Notes: generated by a model not told the origin, from the sequence alone. A DNA stretch of 64,000 nucleotides from Camelus dromedarius (GCF_036321535.1 NC_087436.1:10044001-10108000); one strand, 5' to 3'; counted from the stretch's first letter, positions 12,617-25,088 are shown. Numbers and translations are program-made.

Positions 12617-13186
12617 TGTTACCAACAAAAAGTCTGTGTGCTTGGAGCACAGTGAAACTAAACAAACCAAAATATTGGAGTCTGGAGCAGAGAAAGGCTT
12701 ATTACAGGGCAAAGCAAGGAGAATGGATGGCTCATACTTAAAAAAAAAAAAACCCAAACCCCTGATAGTTTTTGGGGAGTTTTTATAGGCAAAATTTGGG
12801 GTGTGATCTGCAGGGTGTGTAACATTCCTCTGATTGGTTGGTGGTGAGGTCACAGCTCAGGGCTCCAGGAATCTTGTGGTGGGCCTGAAGTTGCCATCCT
12901 CCACCTGGGTGGGGACCTTAGTTCTTGCAGAAGAATTCCAAAGTATTGTTACAAATACTCATTCATAAGGAACCAGGACCCTGCCCCCAGGCTACACTAT
13001 TGTTCCTTGACTGTTCCTCCCTTGTTTCTGCCTTCCCTCCCTTCCCTGATTAGCAACTGTTTGACTCTCCCCTTTGGAATTCAGGGAAGTTCAAGGAGGC
13101 TGAATGAAGCTCAGTTCCTACAAAAGAGAAATGTGGGATAGAAAGGATTTGCAATGGAGGGTCCCACAGGGTCTTGCTCTATTTCA
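12617..13186 (-). mobile_element. ERV1-like solo LTR, family A
   Basis: TG...CA ends; perfect 4-bp TSD ATAT; reverse-complement homolog of 16517-17079. Confidence 0.92.
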
Positions 13187-13479
13187 ATATTAGATAATCT
13201 TAGTTATATTTAAATCACTACGTTTGGCATTTTTATTTTTACCCCACGTGAAAAAGAGTATCAGTTATCTGCCTCTGAGTAGTAATAAGGTCAGTTGAAA
13301 TAATTAGCCTAAAAGTGTTTCAAAGATTTAATGGTAGTAGACAAATTGAGATCATGATTGTTTCCATTATGGGATAATGAAATATTTGCTTTCCAAACTT
13401 AAAAATAGTTTAGAAGCATGTACAGCCAGGTCCTTTATCAATGCCAAGAAAAAACAGTAAAGAGAGCATATTTATCTGG

Positions 13480-14219
13480 TAAGAAACAGGAGGCCATCTG
13501 CTGAAACTGGAAGAAAAAATACAAATTAAAAATAAGAGGCTTAATTCTCCCTGTCGAAAATAAGGAAAGAGCCCTTCCCTCTCTCTCTTAAGGTATTTAC
13601 TTAAAAAAAAAAAAAAAGAACCTGAAATTGTGTCTTCTATCTCTGACCCTTTGAAAAGTATGTAAATCTTTTTAAAGCTAAATAAGTCTCTTGCCAGCTT
13701 TCGGCACAGAAATAGCTTTCTTAAGGACTAGGAAACATCCCTTTGAAACGTAATCACCCAGGAATGGAGAGCCCCTACCTCCTGTTTCTGTGGGAGGAGA
13801 GGAACCAGGCTTGAGCAAGAAGCCCTTTATTTGCAACCAACTCAGAACTACCTTCTGTCATAAAAATATGAGATTTTTTTCTTTGGATAGAGCCAATTAG
13901 CTAACATAAATGGCCACCCCAACTCCCAAATGAATTTAGGATGGACTGTGTGCCAAATGGTGTTGTCAAATCCTTTTACTTGAAGACTAATTATTGTTTA
14001 TTTTGAGAACGTGTATCCAATGACTTGAATCTGCTTAGCTATACAAAAAGTGAGATTCCTTTCAATCTTTGCAATTTTTTAGCTGACTGCCTGGGATATC
14101 TCTCCCATTCTGGTTTAATGTGTTTATTCAATAAGAAACTTGTTTTCTTTCTTTTCTACTTTCCCGGAGAGGTTTTTTGAATTGGGAGAAGATTTTGTTT
14201 TTAATTATATTGCCCAACA
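13480..14219 (+). mobile_element. ERV1 solo LTR, MER34-like
   Basis: 3' end gggagaagattttgtttttaattatattgcccaaca; start uncertain. Confidence 0.7.
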
Positions 14220-14475
14220 AGAGAAAATGTGTCTTCAGAGGATCAGAAGTCCTTGGAAAGCCTGAGTCTTGAACAGAGTCACAAAATGAGAAATACTAGG
14301 GCAATAAACAATAAACATTTCATTAGTGGACATTTGAAAAGGTGTATGTGAATGATTCATAAGAAGAATCCACACTGAATTTTTGGTATTAAAGAAGTGT
14401 GCTTCCAGCCTTTTCAGAAGAACACCAGTTAGCCCAATTTTCTATAAAAGATCTGACAAAATAAAATTCAAATTT

Positions 14476-15457
14476 TGTGATAAGACTGTTACCAAGGCTG
14501 TTGCCCCAGAATCATTCCCCTGCCCCTCCCTCGAATGGAAACTGATTGCTTTTATCTAAGTTTCAAGGGGAAGCTGCAAAGAGAAAAAAATGAGAACTGG
14601 TTAGAACCTACCAGGCCCAGGATGGCGGAGGACTTGATTTCCACTAGACCCTCAGCCTCGTTATACTCTCACTGTGCTGCATTAGCTGCTAAATGACGCA
14701 CCTACCAGCGCCAGCACAGTTGACAGTTGCCATGAAGACAACCAGAAAAGCCCGTACAAGGACTGAGAAAGGGAGCTGCATTCGTTTTGGGTCCAAACCA
14801 CACCACTGTTCTCGGGTAAGTCATAAATATTTCTCCCACTCTTTCAAATTCCCTCCCTTTTACTTGACCCTCCTATGTATTTGGGGTCTCTGCTGGAGTT
14901 GGGTTGAGAAGTTGATTTGTGAACTAAGTTCCCTCTTCTTCATTCTTTGGCCATTGAATAGAACCTGGGCTGTTCCAGTCTCAGGAACTGCTTCATTATT
15001 GGCTGCATGAATCCAAGCAGAAAAAGAACCTCCCTTGCAGGGACAAGGGGTCTCAGCCTGGGCTAGGACCCCAGCATGGGTCCAGTCAACCAATTTGATA
15101 ACAAGATGAGAACAATTTAAACATAAAATTTTCTTTGCTCTTTTGGGTCTTCTCCCCCCACCTCTTTAGTATATCATGCACCTGCATTAACCAGATCTCC
15201 TTAGGGGATAACCTTCTTTCTTAATCTTATAGGGGCCACAGTGACCCATGACCGACTCACTTTGTAAATCTAAATTATGTAAACTGTCAATAATACATCA
15301 TTTAATGCACAGTCCTTCTGCCTCTGTTTCTGCTTTGACCTCTAACAGATGGAACAGTTCTTGAAGCTTCCAGAGAAGCTGTTATAATCCTCAATTTGGC
15401 TGGAATAAAATTTTCAATTTTTTTCTTAGATCAACTGATAATTTTTTTTTATTGATA
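14476..15457 (+). mobile_element. ERV1-like LTR interrupted by a younger LTR
   Basis: tgtgataagac, resuming at 15104; AATAAA near 15405; T-rich end resembling the provirus LTR type. Confidence 0.6.
14487..15103 (+). mobile_element. ERV1-like solo LTR, family B (nested)
   Basis: TGTTACCA...TTGATAACA; flanks agac/agat; homologous to 17659-18263 in opposite orientation. Confidence 0.85.
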
Positions 15458-15791
15458 GATTTAAATTGCATTAATGGATGTATTGGGAGGGGAATATGAG
15501 AGGTTACATTTTTAAGTACAAAATAGGGAAGAAAAATGGTGGTTGGCCGATATATTAAACTAAGGCAGTGTTCACCAGTGCTCATTTTCTTGTCGGGAAT
15601 GAAAAGCACCTAGCCCATATGATGTTCTGTTTAAAAAGGGGGACCTGGAGAGGAAAAGTTTTAGAGGTGCCATACCCTATTTTAAAGGTTCACAATATCT
15701 ATTAGCATGTTAAAAGTTCTGTGATCACCTACAGTTAAGAAAGTTTTTTCACTTTGTTTGATCTAATTTTCTCTAAATTTATTTGATCTTT

Positions 15792-16432
15792 TGTAAGCAG
15801 ATAGGGGAAGTTTCTAGAGAAAGAGAACCAGGCATGTTTTTCTTGACCTTAAAGAAGCCATTTTAGGTCGAAGCCACTTAGTGATCTAAGCCTGGCCACC
15901 ATGCCTGCCCCTTAAACAGGTCTCAGTAATTAATGATCTTGAGGGAACAAAAGAATGCAGAAATAAATGACTGTTATCAGGCAATAGAAGTAATAGCAAA
16001 GATAATACATCAGTTCTAAGACTCCCAGCTCTGTTTCAATGGTAAAGATTAGCCCAAAGCACTTTCTTGAGTTGTTTTGCAAAATTCAAACCCCCTCAAA
16101 TGCTCAACCACCAGATCAACTAGAACTTGAGGAATGATGATGTTGACCTTTTCTGACTGGTGACTTCAATCAACTAAAGCGTGGACTCTGTCAATCTTTG
16201 CCCTAATTCTATACTGAATTCTCCTCCGCTCAAGCCCTTTCATGAGTATGTCTATACCGTTTGCTTAAAACTTTCCCGGTATTGCTATTCAGGGTGACAC
16301 TGCTTTGAGAAAGACCTCTGGTGTTCTCTTTACTTCCTGTGAGTAATAAACCACCCCTTCTCTTGATCTATGGCTTGGTTTTATCTTTTGGCTCGGCACC
16401 CACCAAGAAGCAAACCCAAGTTTGGGGTAAAA
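15792..16432 (+). mobile_element. ERV1-like solo LTR
   Basis: TGTAAG...GGGTAAAA (terminal CA mutated); 4-bp TSD CTTT; AATAAA present. Confidence 0.85.
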
Positions 16433-16516
16433 CTTTGAGAACATTGTACAAACTAGTAGTTAATATCCCCAATGATGCTAGTCTTCCACAGAACAAAGCT
16501 CTAGACTGTGAGGAGT

Positions 16517-17079
16517 TGAAACAGAGCAGGACCCTGGGCGGACCTCCTAAGTACAAATCCTTTCCATGTCCCCCATTTCTTATTTGCAGGAAAAGACTTC
16601 AGCCTCCTAGACTTTCCCTGAGTTTCAAAGGGCAGATTTAAACAGTTGCTAATCAGAGAAGGGAGGGAATGCAGAGACAAGGGAGGAGCAGTCAAGAACA
16701 ATAGTACAGTGATAAAGCATAGCCCTGGTTCCTTCTCAAGAAATGCACTTAACAATACCTTTGAGTTCTTCTGCAGGAATTTAGGCCCCCATCCAGGTGG
16801 AAGATGGTAACTTCAGGCTGCGCACCAAATTCTTGGAGCACCGCCCTGTGACCTCACCACCAACCAATCAGAAGAAAGTCACACACCCTGCAACTCTCAC
16901 CCCAGATTTTTCCTATAAATACTTCTCCCCAAAACCATGAGAGGGTTCGGGGATTTTGAGCATGAGTTACCCATTCTCCTTACTTTGCCCTGCAACAAAC
17001 TTTCTCTGCCCCACGTTCTGATAGTTTGGTTTCTTTGGCCTCACTGTGTGTCAGGTACATGAACTTGCATTAGGTAACA
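16517..17079 (+). mobile_element. ERV1-like solo LTR, family A
   Basis: TGAAACAG...GGTAACA; perfect TSD GAGT; CCAAT box and TATAAA in U3. Confidence 0.92.
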
Positions 17080-17658
17080 GAGTCACTGAGGATTTTTATT
17101 TCTTTTTAAATATTGAAACTGATTGCATCAGTAGAACATATTTTGGGTAACTGCTGATTTAAGACCAGCACTGAAAATTTAGATTCTCCAATTCCCATTA
17201 ATTGAAGAGAGAAAAGAGACACATATTTGATCAATCATGAAGTGATGCTATAAAGTGGTTTGCTTCAGAGTTTAGCATATGGCAACAGACGCAATTCAAG
17301 GTTTTTAGTTAATGGGGATTAACAAACACAGCTGGAAGCCTCTGGTAATCAGTCAGAAAGTAATCCACAGAAGTAGCTGTAAAAGTGTTTTTCTCTTTTT
17401 TTTGAATTTTTGGATTGTGCCTACTCTAATGGAAATGGATTTCCTGTTAATCCTTAGGGAGTAAAATTGACATAATCCTTTTCCATAATTAAATAAAGTA
17501 TTTTAAATAAAGTCTGCTTACACAAGCATTTTCTCAAGCTAAATAGTTTAAAATTTTTTTCTCTGTGTAATGAGGTGGTTGCTTCCCTGAAAATTTAGTC
17601 TTCAGAGTGAGAACTGAAGGTATTTGCCCACACTCACTGCAAAACTGAGAATTGAAAC

Positions 17659-18263
17659 TTACCAAATTAGATCATATGAACCTCACCTTGGGCTGTAGCC
17701 TAACTGAGGGCCCCTGCCTCATTGGGGAAGGTTCTTTTCCCATTCAAGTTCACACAGTCAAAAACAAAACTGAAGTTGAGATGGAAGCAGCTCAAGATCT
17801 ATCCAATGGCCACAGAATGGAGAAGGGAGAATTTAGTTCACAGATCAACTTCTCACCTTAAGGGTGACAGAGATTTGCTTTTAAGGGGTAAGGAAAATGG
17901 GGGTAAGAGTGAGATTCATGATGGGGAAGCATATACTTTAGTTTTCTGGGAAAGAGGCAAAGCTTTTCTGGAAATAGGGTACCACCTCTTTTCTGTCGTT
18001 TTTGACAAATGACTCCCAGTCACGGCCACCAGTAGGTGTGTCAATTACCATGCTAATGTAATCAACATGGTATGAGACTCAGGGACTTTTGGAGGTCAGA
18101 TTTGTCTCCATCTTGGTTCTAGCTGGTGCTATCTGGACTTTTTCTCTTCCTATAACTTCCTTTCTTTGTGTCCATACCCTGTAAATTAAAGATGTATGCT
18201 AGTTCATGTTCAAGGGAAGGGTGAGTGAGTTTTGAGCAGGGTCTGGTGGCAACTCTGGTAGCA
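17659..18263 (-). mobile_element. ERV1-like solo LTR, family B (nested)
   Basis: Minus strand starts TGCTACCAGAGTTGCC and ends ...aatttggtaa, like 14487-15103; flanks aaac/atac. Confidence 0.75.
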
Positions 18264-18573
18264 ATACTACTGTCCCACAAATGCCAACAATAACATGGCT
18301 CTTCTACTCCACTGTCTCCATTAGAATTACTTTATCTTTCTCGGAGTCTTTGGCCCAACCAAAGGGTTTGACTTTTCACCTATGAACTTCTTGAAAGACC
18401 CATCAAATCTTCAATGGAAGCCATCATCTTCAAAGTTACACCTCAAAGACCTTGCCTTGACATTCCCTCCATTCCTGGACTATTATACTTTGACCCTATA
18501 CAATCCCAATCTAGTGCCCCACATTGAAACACTCACCTTAAAAATATTCAATAAGTTTTGACCTTATTTTTTT

Positions 18574-19016
18574 TGTCATGGGTTGAATTGAAGCCCACCT
18601 AAGTTCATATATTGAAGTTCTAACCCCTAGTACCTCTGTATTTAACTGTACTTGGAGATAGTATCTTTACCAAGGTAATCAAGTTAAAATGAGGTCATTA
18701 GGGTGGGCTCCAGTCCAGTATGATGGATGTTCTTATATAAGAGAAAGTTGAAGGAAAGATGCACACGGGGAGAATGCCATGTAAACAGGAAGGCAGAGAT
18801 GGAGGTGATAGGTTTATAAGTTGAGGAACTCTGAACCCCAGAAACTAGGAGAGATAAAAGGAGCAGATGCGTCCTCACAGCTTTCAGAAGGAAACAACTT
18901 TGTCCATACCCTAATCTCAGACTTCTAGCTTCCAGAACTGTGAAACAATAAATTTCTGCTCTGTAAGCCTCTGAATTTGTTGTACTATGTTCCAGTAGCC
19001 CTAACTAATTAACACA
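18574..19016 (+). mobile_element. MaLR LTR, MLT1B-like
   Basis: tgtcatgggttgaattg...ttaaaatgaggtcattagggtgggc...ccagaactgtgaaacaataaatttctg. Confidence 0.85.
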
Positions 19017-19416
19017 CTTCCCTCTCACCAAGACACTTCCAATGTTCTGCAGAGATGATGTTCCTTCCTGCAGTAAGCAATAAATTCAGCTTTGTCATAT
19101 CAATAGGTTGTACTAGTTATATTTGAGGTGCCAGTTTTCAACAATAGCCACTACAATTGCTACTCATTCTGGTTCTCCTAAGTTGAGGCTTTGTCAAGTC
19201 CAAGAAGGCTGTTGACTCATTGTGAATTATTAGTAATGAGAGATGTGTCCATGATTCTTGGAAATGTCCACAAGTTACAACAAAGGTGTAGCAGGAGATG
19301 AGGCCAGGATGTGGTTGGCAGCTAAATATTAGATGAGCTTGAGTTATATTATGGGGTTGGGAAATTTTCCCAAGAGCAAGGAGAAATAATGATAAGATTT
19401 AAATAAGAAGAGGAAG

Positions 19417-19530
19417 GTGGAGGCTATCGCTCAGTGGTAGAGCATATGCTTAGCATGATCAGGGTCCTAAATTCAATTCCCAGTATGTCTATTTAAAAAA
19501 ACAATAATAAACCAGAAGAAAAAATAAAAA
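19417..19530 (+). mobile_element. tRNA-Ala-derived SINE (vic-1-like)
   Basis: gctcagtggtagagcatatgcttagcatg...ttcaattcccag plus A-rich tail. Confidence 0.85.
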
Positions 19531-19824
19531 TTACACATAAATCATCAACTCAAGAGTATCTCTGAACCAAAGATTAGGAATTGTCACCTGCCCAATAAGC
19601 AGTGGAACAGCCAAAAGATAGGCACCAAGAGGAAGAACCAAGGTAAAAAAAAAACCATGTTTAACTACATCTTTAATTTCATAATACTAAAAAATTTACT
19701 CTTTTAAATAAATAAGAAAGATCCTTTTAGTAGACAGAATAATAGATATTAATAAGCAGAGTTAATATTTTCATAAAGGGAAATTCACATTACCAAAATG
19801 CTAGTAAAGATCATACTGTCAACT

Positions 19825-20498
19825 ATTAGAATGGCTATTATCAAAAAGCTATGGTATTTTTCTACAATGGAATACTACTCAGCCATAAAAAGAATAAAAT
19901 AATGCCATTTGCAGCAACATGGATGGACATGGAGATTGTCATTCTAAGTGAAGTAAGCCAGAAAGAGAAAAATACCATATGATATCACTCATATGTAGAA
20001 TCGAAAAAAAAAAAAAGAAATAAAAGAAAAGAAGATGCTAATGAACTTATCTACAAAACAGAAACAGACTCACAGACATAGTAAACAAATTTATGGTTAC
20101 CTGAGGAAATGGGGTAGGAAAGAATAAATTGGGAGTTTGAGATGTGCAGATACAACCACTATATATAAAATGAATAAAAACAAATTTCTTCTGTCTAGCA
20201 TAGGGAACTATATTCAATATTTTGTAATAACCTATAATGAAAAAGAATATGAAAATAAATATATGTATGTTTACATATGACTGAAACATTATGCTGTACA
20301 CCAGAGATTGGCACATTGTAAGTACTGACTACACTTCAGTTTAAAAAAAAAAAAGGAGAGAGAGAAAGAAGAAGTAATCATTGTTGGCGAGGATGTGGAG
20401 AAAAGGGAACCCTTCTGAAGTGTTGGTGGGAATGTAAACTGATACAGCCACTCTGGAAAACAGGATGGAGTTTCCTCAAAAAAACTGAAAATAGAGTT
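19825..20498 (+). mobile_element. L1 ORF2 C-terminal fragment containing a nested young L1 3' end (about 19850-20355)
   Basis: attagaatggctattatcaaaaag is interrupted by an L1 3'UTR plus polyA, then resumes tgttggcgaggatgtggagaaaaggg. Confidence 0.8.
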
Positions 20499-21742
20499 GA
20501 GACTCCTTTTTTGCCTGAGCTGCAGAGTTGTACATTTTAAGTGAGAATCTGTGATTTCATTTAAAAGACTAAAATTATATGCAAATAGAAAAGATTCTGA
20601 GCAAATATATGTAAAGCAGTGTCATTACAGCATCTTAGAGGAATGTGATGAGGGTTCTCCAGAGAATTAAGGACATTTTTATAATCTGTTGCTAGTTCTG
20701 GAACTCGAGTCTGGGCAGGGCTATTTGAAGTAGGAAACTTCAATGGATAACTGTTTTGGATAATTGCTTTTGATTTCTACAATTTTCTCAGTATTTCAGT
20801 GCATGAAATACTATTAAGTATATATTGCTTTCAAAATTATTTCAAAAACATGTCAGTTTTAATGTGACTAAATATTTTTTCCTGATGTAAAATTTCCTGA
20901 TGATCTTGTGATGTGAAAGCTCATAATTAGGTTCAAAATCATATTGACCCCTATTAAATTGCTTCTCTTACAATAGATGGGAGTCTGGTTTTAAGAGGGA
21001 CCCAAACTGGGGGATGAAACTTTGCAGACAAGGTTCAACATTACTCTGTCCTTGTCTGTATAGTTTATCCAGTTTAAGCTTCTACAAAACATGGTCTTTT
21101 TATCTTTTCCCCAAATTCCTGTTTGTTTCTCACTTTTAAATAAGGTAAGAAAAGGGTAGGAGAAAGAGACAACCTAGGTTAATGTAATTAGAAAAGTGAA
21201 AGTCTACCGAAGTGGTGAGATTGAATTTATGTTTACCCATTAAATTTTCTTCACATTCTGATATATCAGAACCTAAAGTTCAAAAGTGAATGCTTGGTAT
21301 GAAAAAAAAAAAAAAAAAGACAACATACACTTCATACCCAGACATTTGGGTATATAATGAGTCTTTTGTGGGAAATAAATGCCTGGCATATAGTGGAATG
21401 TTGAATAAATGAAAACCTTGTGTATGTTGGTTTATCTGAACTTCTGGAAAGCATGTTCTAATGAATTCTACCTTTTATTGACATGTTAATATCTCTGAAT
21501 ATGATCTTGGGGAAATTCTAATAGGACCCACATGCTAATAAAATGATCAATTTTTAATTCTCTTCTAATCCAGCACAGCTGTGACATCGTATCGTCAACA
21601 GAGAGTTCTTCTCTTAGTTTTCATTCCTTGGCTATATAATAACCATCTGGGGAGGACAGAAACGCTAATCCTTAATCCAAAAAAAAAAAAAAAGAGATCA
21701 GATTTGGCAATTGTCAAACTAAGCTTATAGAAAACCTTAGTG

Positions 21743-22519
21743 TACAATGAGATATCACCTCACACCAGTCAGAATGGCCATCACTAAAAAGTCCACAAAC
21801 AATATATGCTGGAGAGGGTGTGGAGAAAAGGGAACCCTCTTACACTGCTGGTGGGAATGTAAATTGATGCAGCCACTATGGAAGACAGTTTGGAGGTTCC
21901 TTGAAAGAATCAAAAATAAACTTACTCTATGTTCCATCAATCCCACTCCTGGACATATATCCAGAGAAAAATATAATTCAAAAAGACACATGCACCCCAA
22001 TGTTCACAGCAGCACTATTTACAATAGCCAAGACATGGAAACAACCCAAATGTCCATCAACAAATGCCTGAATAAAGAAGATATGGTATATATATACAAT
22101 GGAATACTGCTCAGCCATAAAAAAGAATAAAATAGTGTCATTTGCAGCAACATAGATGGACCTGGAGATTGTCATTCTAAATGAAGTAAGTCAGGAAGAG
22201 AAAGAAAAATACCATATGATATTGCTTACACATGGAATCTTTAAAAAGGACACAGATGAACTTGTCTACAAAACAGAAACAGACTCACAGACTTAGAGAA
22301 CAAACTTATGGTTCCCAGGGGGTAAAAGAGGTGGAAGGATAAATTGGGAATTTGAAATTTGCACCTTTTGGGAAGTGATGGAAATGTTAGCTATCTTGAT
22401 TGTAGTGATGGTTTCTTGGGTGTATACATCTATCAGAGTTCATCAAAGTGTACATCTGAAATATGTGTAGTTTACTGTACAGGAACCATACCACAATAAA
22501 GGTGTTTTAAAAAAAAAAA
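21743..22519 (+). mobile_element. 5'-truncated L1 (ORF2 C-terminus plus chimeric 3'UTR)
   Basis: [42 protein letters not shown] (L1 ORF2 Cys-rich end); TSD aaaac(c)cttagtg on both sides; AATAAA and polyA. Confidence 0.93.
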
Positions 22520-23814
22520 CCCTTAGTGGAAATGGGGACTTGGTGAGAACTAGAAATTTAGATTCACAGCTTCTGGACAGCTTATTCTACATCTTCAACT
22601 CAGTGGAAGAAATACAGGCAGCAAAGTAACTATTAAACTTTGTTACTGAATCCAAAATTACTCTACAGTAAGAGTGTGGAGACTACAGAAACGCTTCTAT
22701 ACATGCAATGTTCTTGCATCAAATTTCACCGAAGACAGATTCAGCCTAATTCAGGAGAATATTGAATTAGCATGACTAAGTGCTTTATTCAGGTCACTGT
22801 GGTGACTCCTTGATGGGAAGGTCAACTGGAAGTTAATTAAGGAGTGTTGGAAATGAGTTACATCGTTGGCTTCTGTTTAAAATGCAGTAGAAAAGAGAGA
22901 TCCACAAGGTAGACATAAATAGATAGGTAAGAGAAAGGATGCATCAGGCTAGGCTTGATTAAACGTAAGAGTTAGTGAAAGAGGGAAAAATACATTTTCT
23001 GAGACATAGATACACAGTATGGTAGATGAGAAGCTTAAGTTGGGATCTAGCTTCGCGAGCAAAGTAGATCAGCTACTGGTGTCCAAAAGAAACATAGTTC
23101 TGAATTTGACCTTTGGTTCCTGTATTTTTCCATTCACAATGGTCAGGTGATGGCAGGCTATCCATGTCCTCACAAGAGGACAAGTGGATACAGAAGTAAA
23201 TTAAAATATTTATGGACCTTGATTAGTCACAAGCAAGACAGGCGCTTGTCTGATATTTAACCCCATCAGAGTCTCAGCAAACAGAAGAAGAAACTTTGCA
23301 AAAAGTTTTCCATTTCCTGATGTAAATTTTGGTGGCTGTTGTAAATTTTGACAAATCTGATCTGAGACTACTATTTTTAAGTTATTCTTTATATTAAATT
23401 TTCTGCCTAATACCAGTTAATATCAATTAATAGGTGCTATTAATATCAACCCAATCAATTAATAGCAATTAATAGTTAATATATAAGTACCACAAGCTAA
23501 AACAGCTGTGTATCTTAAGAGTCTCATTTCACATTAAATTATTTAAAGAAGCCTGGATAACAAGGCTTGGGGAATAATAATGCCAACAGTCAGTTGGCAA
23601 AATCTGGATACTTAATCATTTTGTTGCCCTTATATTTTCTGTTAAATTCAATATTCGTTTTCCTTTTGAATAAAAAAGAATAGCAAAAAGGAGTGGGCTT
23701 AGAAATGATCCAAATCTACAAAAAAAAAAAAAACCTTGAATATTGAAATAGTTTGGACTTAATTTCACATTCAGAAAGAAAATTTTAAAGATTTCTCTTA
23801 AAATTGAAGCTACA

Positions 23815-24015
23815 TTATAGGATAGTCTTCAGAATCAAACAGAAATAAGGTTGAATCCTTTTCCACTACTTAATCACTAGCCATATTTGTACAATTTATT
23901 TATTTTCACTGAGTCCCATTTGTAAAATGTGATGTTGGATGGATTAATACAGAGAAAATGTATTTAATACCATCATTATAAAGCTAGCCCCTAACATATG
24001 TGATAGCTATTATGT
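23815..24015 (+). mobile_element. MIR (degraded)
   Basis: ggttgaatcc...ccactact...catttgtaaaatg...gatagctattat. Confidence 0.5.
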
Positions 24016-24377
24016 TTCTATATTTTAATAGAGAGAAAGCTTTATTTTTAAACAACTAAACACCAGCAAACTTACAACAATAGCCAAGAAGGAGGAATAT
24101 TGTATACCTAACATTAGGAAATCATTTAGAGCTCTTTTGGGGCAAGTTTTTTTTTTAGGTATGCTAATACCCTTTTGTGAAATACTAGTCAGTATATTTC
24201 CAAAATAAATTTCCCATTTTAAAAACAATACTTATTCGAATCTTATGCATCCTTAGAGTACCAAGAAAAACTGCTTAGGAAAAGCTAATTTAGAATATTT
24301 GGAATTCTATTTGCCAAGTATTACAAAAATATTTAATCATTTTAATATGTGTTCAAATTATATAACTAAAGCATTAT

Positions 24378-24775
24378 TGTATTAGTCATGTTCCTGGAAA
24401 GACAAAGATGGTGTATTAAAAACAAGGTACATGAAGTTACTCTAATAAGTGGAATTTTTACAAAGACATGAGCAAGATTCCGAGAAACCAGACAGGGATA
24501 ATGCAGTACCCCATAGCTAGCAATAACAGCTCTTAGGAGGAGGGAACACTTCCAGTCTGCAGCAGCCCTACAGGGAAAGAGCCACAGCAGTGAGTACCTG
24601 AACTTTAATTGCTTCGAATCCTCAGTCTCCTGAGTGTGTGCCGTGAGCTGAATCCAACTAGGGGCCGAAGGCAAGAGACTCTATTGATGCCATCCATACC
24701 AGTCAGTGTCCGAGGTACTTAGCAAAGTGCAAAAGGTTAAGAGTGGGTCTAGAGAAGCATGAACAGTATTCCCTG
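24378..24775. mobile_element. ERVL LTR, LTR33-like
   Basis: tgtattagtcatgttcc...tttacaaagacatgagcaag...cagggataatgcagtacccc..gctagcaa. Confidence 0.7.
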
Positions 24776-24879
24776 TACCTGTAATCTTTCTGTTTTATAA
24801 GATCTAAAGTTTCTTTTTGATGGTGGGAATACAACATAATGACACTAAGGTAGATAAATGGCAAGATGTTATGTTATAA

Positions 24880-25088
24880 TTCCAAATGAGATAAGGCTGC
24901 CAGGCAGGTCCACAGAGGGGAGTTGCACTCAGAAACCAAGTAATAGCAAGCTAGAGCTGCAGGTGACACTTTATATGTGGCAAGTAGGGTGGGGTGAGCT
25001 AGCCTTCCCAGGCTCCCTGTGGGTTGGCTAATTTGAATAATTTTATGGGCTCCAGGGCAGAGAGGATGTCTCTAATTGTCTGGTAACA
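24880..25088. mobile_element. ERVL LTR fragment (MER54/MER74-like)
   Basis: ttggctaatttgaataatttt.tgggctccagggca...ctaattgtctggta. Confidence 0.6.

Larger units (their letters stand above)
17566..19143 (+). mobile_element. Old ERV1 LTR (MER90-like) split by two insertions
   Basis: Start tgtaatgaggtggttg; end agtaagcaataaattcagctttgtc...ttttcaaca; pieces at 17566-17658, 18264-18573 and 19017-19143. Confidence 0.6.

Noticed and set aside
13080..19263. Four TTCnnnGAA (STAT/GAS) motifs at 13080, 17583, 17944 and 19255
   Set aside because: About one per 3 kb is expected by chance at this base composition, so enrichment is not convincing
21747..22130. 127-aa ORF as a host gene
   Set aside because: L1 ORF2 C-terminal fragment that shifts out of frame
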